32,000 nucleotides of DNA, taken from assembly GCF_000007145.1 (NCBI RefSeq), contig NC_003902.1, forward strand, positions 2,786,497 through 2,818,496, in the 5' to 3' direction. A program made the position numbers and the translations under genes. Under the pieces are notes generated by a model. It was not told the origin of the DNA and did not search any database. It saw only the letters and a program-made list of their open reading frames with translations. Source of the stretch: Xanthomonas campestris pv. campestris str. ATCC 33913 (lineage in GTDB: Bacteria; Pseudomonadota; Gammaproteobacteria; Xanthomonadales; Xanthomonadaceae). Below are positions 27,617 through 32,000 of this stretch, in pieces. Within the stretch, counting starts at the first letter, position 1. Each line of letters starts with the position of its first letter.

Positions 27617-29113
27617 ATGTCTGTCCTTGCCCCGCTCGCCCCGCTGCGTGCCCACGCCGGCCGCCGCCTGACCGCCGGCCTGGACGATGCCACCATCGAA
27701 CGCCTGGCCACCGACCACCCCACCCTGCGCCAGGCCATCGAGGCCGCCGGCAGCGAATACGCGCTGGTGCAGGCCGAGGTCGCCGACCTACTGGACCTGG
27801 ACGAAGACGCACAGATCAGCGCGGTGCAGGACGGCTTCATCAATTTCTACGCCGACGATGCGGTAACTCCGTACGTGGCGCTGGCCGCGCGCGGCCCGTG
27901 GGTGATCACGCTCAAGGGCGCGGTGCTGTACGACGCCGGCGGCTACGGCATGCTCGGTTTCGGCCATACGCCCGAGGCGGTGCTCGACGCCATGGCGCGC
28001 CCGCAGGTGATGGCCAACGTGATGACGCCCAGCCTGGCGCAGCGCAAGCTCGACCGCGCCCTGCGTGCGGAGATCGGCCACACCCGCGGCGGCTGCCCGT
28101 TCGCGCGCTTCATGTGCCTCAACTCCGGCTCCGAAGCGGTGGGCCTGGCCGCGCGCATCGTCGACACCAACGCCAAGCTGCACACCGATCCGGGTGCGCG
28201 CCACGCCGGCGCCACCATCAAGCGCCTGGTGGTCAAGGGCAGCTTCCACGGCCGCACCGATCGCCCGGGGCTGTATTCCGATTCCAGCCGCAAGACCTAC
28301 AGCAAGTACCTGGCCAGCTACCGCGACGAAGACTCGGTGATTGCGATTGCGCCGTATGACATCGCCGCCCTGCAGCGTGCCTTCGATGAGGCTGCGCGCA
28401 ACCACTGGTTCATCGAGGCGGTGTTCCTGGAGCCGGTGATGGGCGAAGGCGACCCGGGCCGTGCGCTGCCGGCGGAGTTCTACGCTGCCGCGCGCACGCT
28501 GACCCGCAACCACGGCAGCCTGCTGCTGGTGGATTCGATCCAGGCCGGCCTGCGTGCGCACGGCGTGCTGTCGGTGGTGGATTACCCCGGTTTCGAACAG
28601 CTCGATCCGCCGGATCTGGAAACCTATTCCAAGGCGCTCAATGCCGCGCAATATCCGCTCTCGGTGCTCGCGGTGACCGAGCAGGCCGCGCAGGTGTACC
28701 GCAAGGGCACCTACGGCAACACCATGACTACCAACCCGCGCGCGCTGGATGTGGCTTGCGCCACCCTGGCGCTGTTCACCCCGCAGATCCGCGACAACAT
28801 CCGCCTGCGCGGTGCACAGGCGCTGCGCAAGCTGGAAGCGCTGCAGGCCGAGCTCGGCGGCCTGATCACCAAGGTGCAGGGCACCGGCTTGCTGTTCTCC
28901 TGCGAACTGGCACCGCAGTACAAGTGCTACGGTGCCGGCTCTACCGAGGAGTGGCTGCGCCACCACGGCGTCAACGTGATCCACGGCGGCGAGAATTCGC
29001 TGCGCTTCACCCCGCACTTCGGCATGGACGAAGCCGAACTCGACCTGCTGGTGGGCCTGATCGCCAAAGCGCTCAAGGAAGGCCCGCGTCAGGCGCAGGC
29101 CGAGGCGGCTTGA
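27617..29113 (+). CDS. Class-III (ornithine/lysine-type) PLP-dependent aminotransferase, about 498 aa
   Basis: The ATG at 27617 has AGGAG 6 nt upstream. Motifs: LNSGSEAV, GSFHGRT, LLLVDSIQAG, and candidate PLP lysine in ETYSKALN. The upstream 235 codons of the track ORF are repeats or antisense to lrp. Confidence 0.8.
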   Translation: MSVLAPLAPLRAHAGRRLTAGLDDATIERLATDHPTLRQAIEAAGSEYALVQAEVADLLDLDEDAQISAVQDGFINFYADDAVTPYVALAARGPWVITLKGAVLYDAGGYGMLGFGHTPEAVLDAMARPQVMANVMTPSLAQRKLDRALRAEIGHTRGGCPFARFMCLNSGSEAVGLAARIVDTNAKLHTDPGARHAGATIKRLVVKGSFHGRTDRPGLYSDSSRKTYSKYLASYRDEDSVIAIAPYDIAALQRAFDEAARNHWFIEAVFLEPVMGEGDPGRALPAEFYAAARTLTRNHGSLLLVDSIQAGLRAHGVLSVVDYPGFEQLDPPDLETYSKALNAAQYPLSVLAVTEQAAQVYRKGTYGNTMTTNPRALDVACATLALFTPQIRDNIRLRGAQALRKLEALQAELGGLITKVQGTGLLFSCELAPQYKCYGAGSTEEWLRHHGVNVIHGGENSLRFTPHFGMDEAELDLLVGLIAKALKEGPRQAQAEAA

Positions 29114-29132
29114 GGGCTGGTGAATAGGTTGA

Positions 29133-29161
29133 GTGCTGGCGAGGTGACTTGCCGCCAGCAC
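29133..29161 (+). terminator. Hairpin 20 nt after the aminotransferase stop (candidate terminator, no T-tract)
   Basis: GTGCTGGCG-11 nt loop-CGCCAGCAC. Confidence 0.35.
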
Positions 29162-29294
29162 GGTGCAACTGGTGCTGGCGGCGTCTGACACGCGCCGGGC
29201 AGTGGATCTGGCACCGCCTGATGGCGATGCGTCGTGGGGCGTTCGTCGGCCGTCTCGCTCGTCATCTGCGCCGCGACAGCCACACGACAACACG

Positions 29295-29323
29295 GTTGCG
29301 GCGACCCATGAGGTCGCCGCAAC
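29295..29323. terminator. Perfect 12-bp stem hairpin between the convergent aminotransferase and GT32 genes
   Basis: GTTGCGGCGACC-catga-GGTCGCCGCAAC. Confidence 0.45.
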
Positions 29324-29365
29324 TGCATTCGCACACGTAAAACGCCAGTAAGCCGCTTGGACTTC

Positions 29366-30073
29366 TCAGATGGGCACGGCACTCAACTTCCGGCGCAGGT
29401 AGTTGGTGACGGCGCGACGCGGCGACTTGCCGCGCCACGACGCCCAGCACAGATGCGAACCGACTGCCGTGGCGCCGCCGCGGTGGCCAAGCCCGAACCA
29501 GGTGCGGTCGGGATGGAACGCATCGCGCACCGGGAACACGATGCCCGCGAACTGGGCACCATTGGCGTTATAGAACCGCGTCATTCCACGTGGGCCGGAC
29601 ATCATCGGGATCTGCCGATGGTCCTCCACCAACTCCGGCGCGTGCGCGCTGAAGATGTGCTCGATGAACGCCCGCCAGAATGGATGGCCCGCTTCCGAGC
29701 CAAACACCGCGTTGCCGATCTTGAACGCCGCATTGTCTGGCGCGCCCTCTTCCACGGGCAGCACGCAGGCCTGGGTCAAGACATCCGGGCCGAGCGTGCG
29801 CAGCAATTTATAGTCGGTATCGAAGTAGAAACCGCCGTAGACGTGCATGTAGGCACAGCGTGCGATGTCGGCCTTCATGACGCCGAAGCGGATGGCTTCA
29901 AAGCGATCGGCCAGTTCCGGAAATGCGCTGCGCATCAGCGCGGAATTGTCGGCGTCGTCCCAGACATTGCAGGTCCAGCCAGGAAGAAGACGTTGCAGCC
30001 GGGCCTGGACGCGGCGCTCTTCCCACATCAGGTGCTTGGTGGGTGCGGTCAGATGGAACACATGCGGAATCAT
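29366..30073 (-). CDS. Glycosyltransferase with DXD motif (GT32 / Gly_transf_sug-like), about 235 aa, no signal peptide
   Basis: IPHVFHLTAP...VWDD...KADIARCAYMHVYGGFYFDTD has the typical GT32 layout (an IP.I.H-type N-terminal motif, then GG.Y.DTD). ATG at 30073; an alternative GTG lies at 30085. Confidence 0.75.
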   Translation of the reverse strand: MIPHVFHLTAPTKHLMWEERRVQARLQRLLPGWTCNVWDDADNSALMRSAFPELADRFEAIRFGVMKADIARCAYMHVYGGFYFDTDYKLLRTLGPDVLTQACVLPVEEGAPDNAAFKIGNAVFGSEAGHPFWRAFIEHIFSAHAPELVEDHRQIPMMSGPRGMTRFYNANGAQFAGIVFPVRDAFHPDRTWFGLGHRGGATAVGSHLCWASWRGKSPRRAVTNYLRRKLSAVPI

Positions 30074-30248
30074 GTGGGCTCTCACGAGTGGGGGGCGCTG
30101 CCCTCACATCAGCCCGGATCACCTCGGGCCACAGAGTCAGCCCGAGTGATTTTAATCACATCCATAGTGTGACGAAGTTATCTTTTATAAAGATCGCAAC
30201 GCCGCTTCGCGTTGGTGCTGAATCGGTCAGGCCGCAGTTACTTACGGG

Positions 30249-31634
30249 TCATTCCCAACACCGATCCGCCCGCCCCTTGAGCGTGGCACTGCGCGGGCAA
30301 TCGCGTGGCGCAATCCGGCCCGCCTCGTGCTCGATCAACTGCTTGGACCCATCTGCGCGGCGTTGCAGCTCGAACGCATCGTAGAGGCGTCCGGTCGCCG
30401 TGCGCGACTCGTAGACGAGCTTCTGTTGATCGATGCGCAGCACCTGATACAGCTGGGTGTCTTCGCCCACCGGGCGCATGGTCTTGCGCGCCATGTCCGA
30501 GAGCCGGTACTGCTTGGGGCCGGCTACCGACACCACGAACACCGGCGTTGGCTGGCCGCCGTCATCGCCGCGACGGCCGTAGGTATGGTCGTGGCCCTGC
30601 AGCACCAGATCGACCTTATGGCGGCGGATCACCGGCAACACTTGCTCGACCAGCTTTTGGTTCTCGCGGTCGGCACGCGGCGAAAAGAACGGCTGATGGA
30701 TCAGCACGATCGACCACGGATGCGGGTTGTCGGCGAGCACGCCATCCAGCCACTGCGCCTGTGCCTGCCCGGTGCCCAGATCCAGCGCCGAGGTGCCGTC
30801 GAGCACTGCGATGCGCACGCCCTGGTAATCGAACCAGTAACTGGTGCGCGCGGTGGCGGCCGGGCCGTTGCGCGGCAGCGCGAAGGTCACCGGCCAATGG
30901 CCGCCCAGGGTGCGGGTGGCCTGCGGGGTGTCTTCGGCGTCTTCGTGATATTCGTGATTGCCCGGTGCTGGCGCCACCGCGGTGCCTTCCAGCAACCAGC
31001 GGCCGGCTTCGAACCATTCGGCCCACTCGTTATCGTCCTGGCCGTCCTTGCCGCTGACCAGATCGCCGGCGAACAGCGCCAGCCGCGCCTCCGGTGCCGA
31101 GCGCCAGGCCTGACGAATCAACCGCGACACCAGGCTGAGATTCTTGTTCTGCGTATCGCCGAAATACAACAGTGTCAGCGGGGTGCCGGGCGTGGCTGCG
31201 GTACGGAAGTGATTCCACGCGCCCCAGGTGCCGTGGCCCTGCACGCGATAGGCGTAGAGCGTGTCCGGCGTGAGTCCGTCGATGTCGGCGCGGTGATGAT
31301 GCGAGGCGCCGTTTTCCGAGCTCAAGGTCGCGGTCGTGGCCTGGATGCGCCGCGGCGTGCCCACATCCGGCGAATCGCCGGCTACCACCAGTTCCAGCCA
31401 GGGCGCAGTGACGCTGGCATCGGTGCGCCAGGCCACTGCGAAGCCTCGCGCGGCATCCTGCGCCGGGGTGGCGACGATCCGGTCCGGGAAGCCATCGGCC
31501 ACATAGTGCGTGGAGCCCAGCGGCACCTGCGTGTTCGGCTCGGCCGCCTTGTCGGCAGCCACGGCGGGCACGCAGGCGAGCGCCAGCAACGCCAGCACGG
31601 CGCGTAACGAATGCTGCTTCAACGACTGCTGCAT
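30249..31634 (-). CDS. Secreted purple-acid-phosphatase-like metallophosphoesterase
   Basis: The start is trimmed to MQQSLKQHSLRAVLALLALACVPAVAA (signal peptide). Metallophosphoesterase motifs appear in order: GDTQN, GDLVS, GNHEYH, LIHQP, GHDHTY. The start lies 5 nt after the phytase stop. Confidence 0.85.
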   Translation of the reverse strand: MQQSLKQHSLRAVLALLALACVPAVAADKAAEPNTQVPLGSTHYVADGFPDRIVATPAQDAARGFAVAWRTDASVTAPWLELVVAGDSPDVGTPRRIQATTATLSSENGASHHHRADIDGLTPDTLYAYRVQGHGTWGAWNHFRTAATPGTPLTLLYFGDTQNKNLSLVSRLIRQAWRSAPEARLALFAGDLVSGKDGQDDNEWAEWFEAGRWLLEGTAVAPAPGNHEYHEDAEDTPQATRTLGGHWPVTFALPRNGPAATARTSYWFDYQGVRIAVLDGTSALDLGTGQAQAQWLDGVLADNPHPWSIVLIHQPFFSPRADRENQKLVEQVLPVIRRHKVDLVLQGHDHTYGRRGDDGGQPTPVFVVSVAGPKQYRLSDMARKTMRPVGEDTQLYQVLRIDQQKLVYESRTATGRLYDAFELQRRADGSKQLIEHEAGRIAPRDCPRSATLKGRADRCWE

Positions 31635-31639
31635 CACTG

Positions 31640-32000
31640 TCACAGTGCGCAGTCCTTCAAGCGCAACGTGCGCGCGATGTCGCGCCAATCGAATGCGGCC
31701 ACGGCCTGGTCGTCGTGCAGCGCGTAGAACACCCCGCCCGGGAAGCGCGCATCGCCATGCTGGTCCAGCCACACGCCATCGGTATTGGCGGTCACCCGCC
31801 CGGCGAACGCGCCGACCGGCGCCAGGCTCTGCCGATCGAACACCTGGAACACGCTGCGGTCCTTGAACTGGTCGGTGGCAATCCAGTAGCCGCTGCCGTC
31901 GGCGCACTGCAGCAAGGTCATGCCTTCGGCCTGCGCCTTGAACAAGCCCGTGCCCACATTGCGGCCGCGATAGCGGCCATCCATGCCGTACTCACGCAAC
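31640..32000 (-). CDS. Beta-propeller phytase-like protein, C-terminal 120 aa only (5' end beyond the window)
   Basis: ...ADGSGYWIATDQFKDRSVFQVFDR...TDGVWLDQHGDARFPGGVFYALHDDQ...AFDWRDIA resembles the last blade of Bacillus PhyC-type phytases. The frame is open to the window edge. Confidence 0.65.
   Translation of the reverse strand, partial: LREYGMDGRYRGRNVGTGLFKAQAEGMTLLQCADGSGYWIATDQFKDRSVFQVFDRQSLAPVGAFAGRVTANTDGVWLDQHGDARFPGGVFYALHDDQAVAAFDWRDIARTLRLKDCAL

Noticed and set aside
30086-30248. PIP-box (TTCGB-N15-TTCGB) or Clp/CRP-like (TGTGA-N6-TCACA) sites upstream of the GT32 gene, the lipase gene and the porin gene, which would flag type III effector or virulence regulation
   Set aside because: I scanned these upstream regions by eye. 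I found only isolated half-sites (for example TTCGC at 19127 and 30206, TGTGA at 30167) with no correctly spaced partner.
27788-31607. Long antisense ORFs 27788-29293 (minus, 501 aa) and 30327-31607 (plus, 426 aa)
   Set aside because: They lie opposite the aminotransferase and the PAP-like phosphatase respectively, and have shadow-ORF composition.

Overview
High-GC (about 65-70%) gammaproteobacterial chromosome. Gene content and order look Xanthomonas-like; that assignment is inference, since no database search was possible. Most of the window is core housekeeping.

Gene order, left to right:
- Large NAD-specific glutamate dehydrogenase (minus strand, runs off the left edge, so it is absent from the ORF track).
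- A tetR - membrane-fusion protein - AcrB-like RND efflux operon with no outer-membrane gene.
- A 745-bp repeat-filled spacer.
- A LacI-family repressor divergent from a fructose PTS operon: fruB (fused EIIA-HPr-EI), fruK, fruA, followed by an OprB-family porin.
- A lower-GC secreted lipase gene.
- The conserved queA-tgt-yajC-secD-secF block (minus strand).
- A divergent Lrp/AsnC regulator and class-III aminotransferase pair.
- A minus-strand phytase (partial) - purple-acid-phosphatase-like - GT32 glycosyltransferase cluster.

I recognise no tRNA, rRNA, CRISPR array, IS element, integrase or defence-like gene, and I see no convincing novel multi-gene system.

The unusual content is non-coding:
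- A 208-bp tandem duplication that copies the 3' end of the LacI gene, with one breakpoint in the centre of a palindromic repeat.
- Inverted heptanucleotide arrays that encode the QueA C-terminal tail and abut the tgt start codon.
- A duplicated hairpin module plus a terminator-like hairpin between secD and secF.
- A nested-palindrome, MITE-like element.
- Two lower-GC islets (lipase, GT32).

The many long ORFs antisense to real genes are GC-driven shadows. All protein calls rest on remembered family motifs and my own translation, not on searches.
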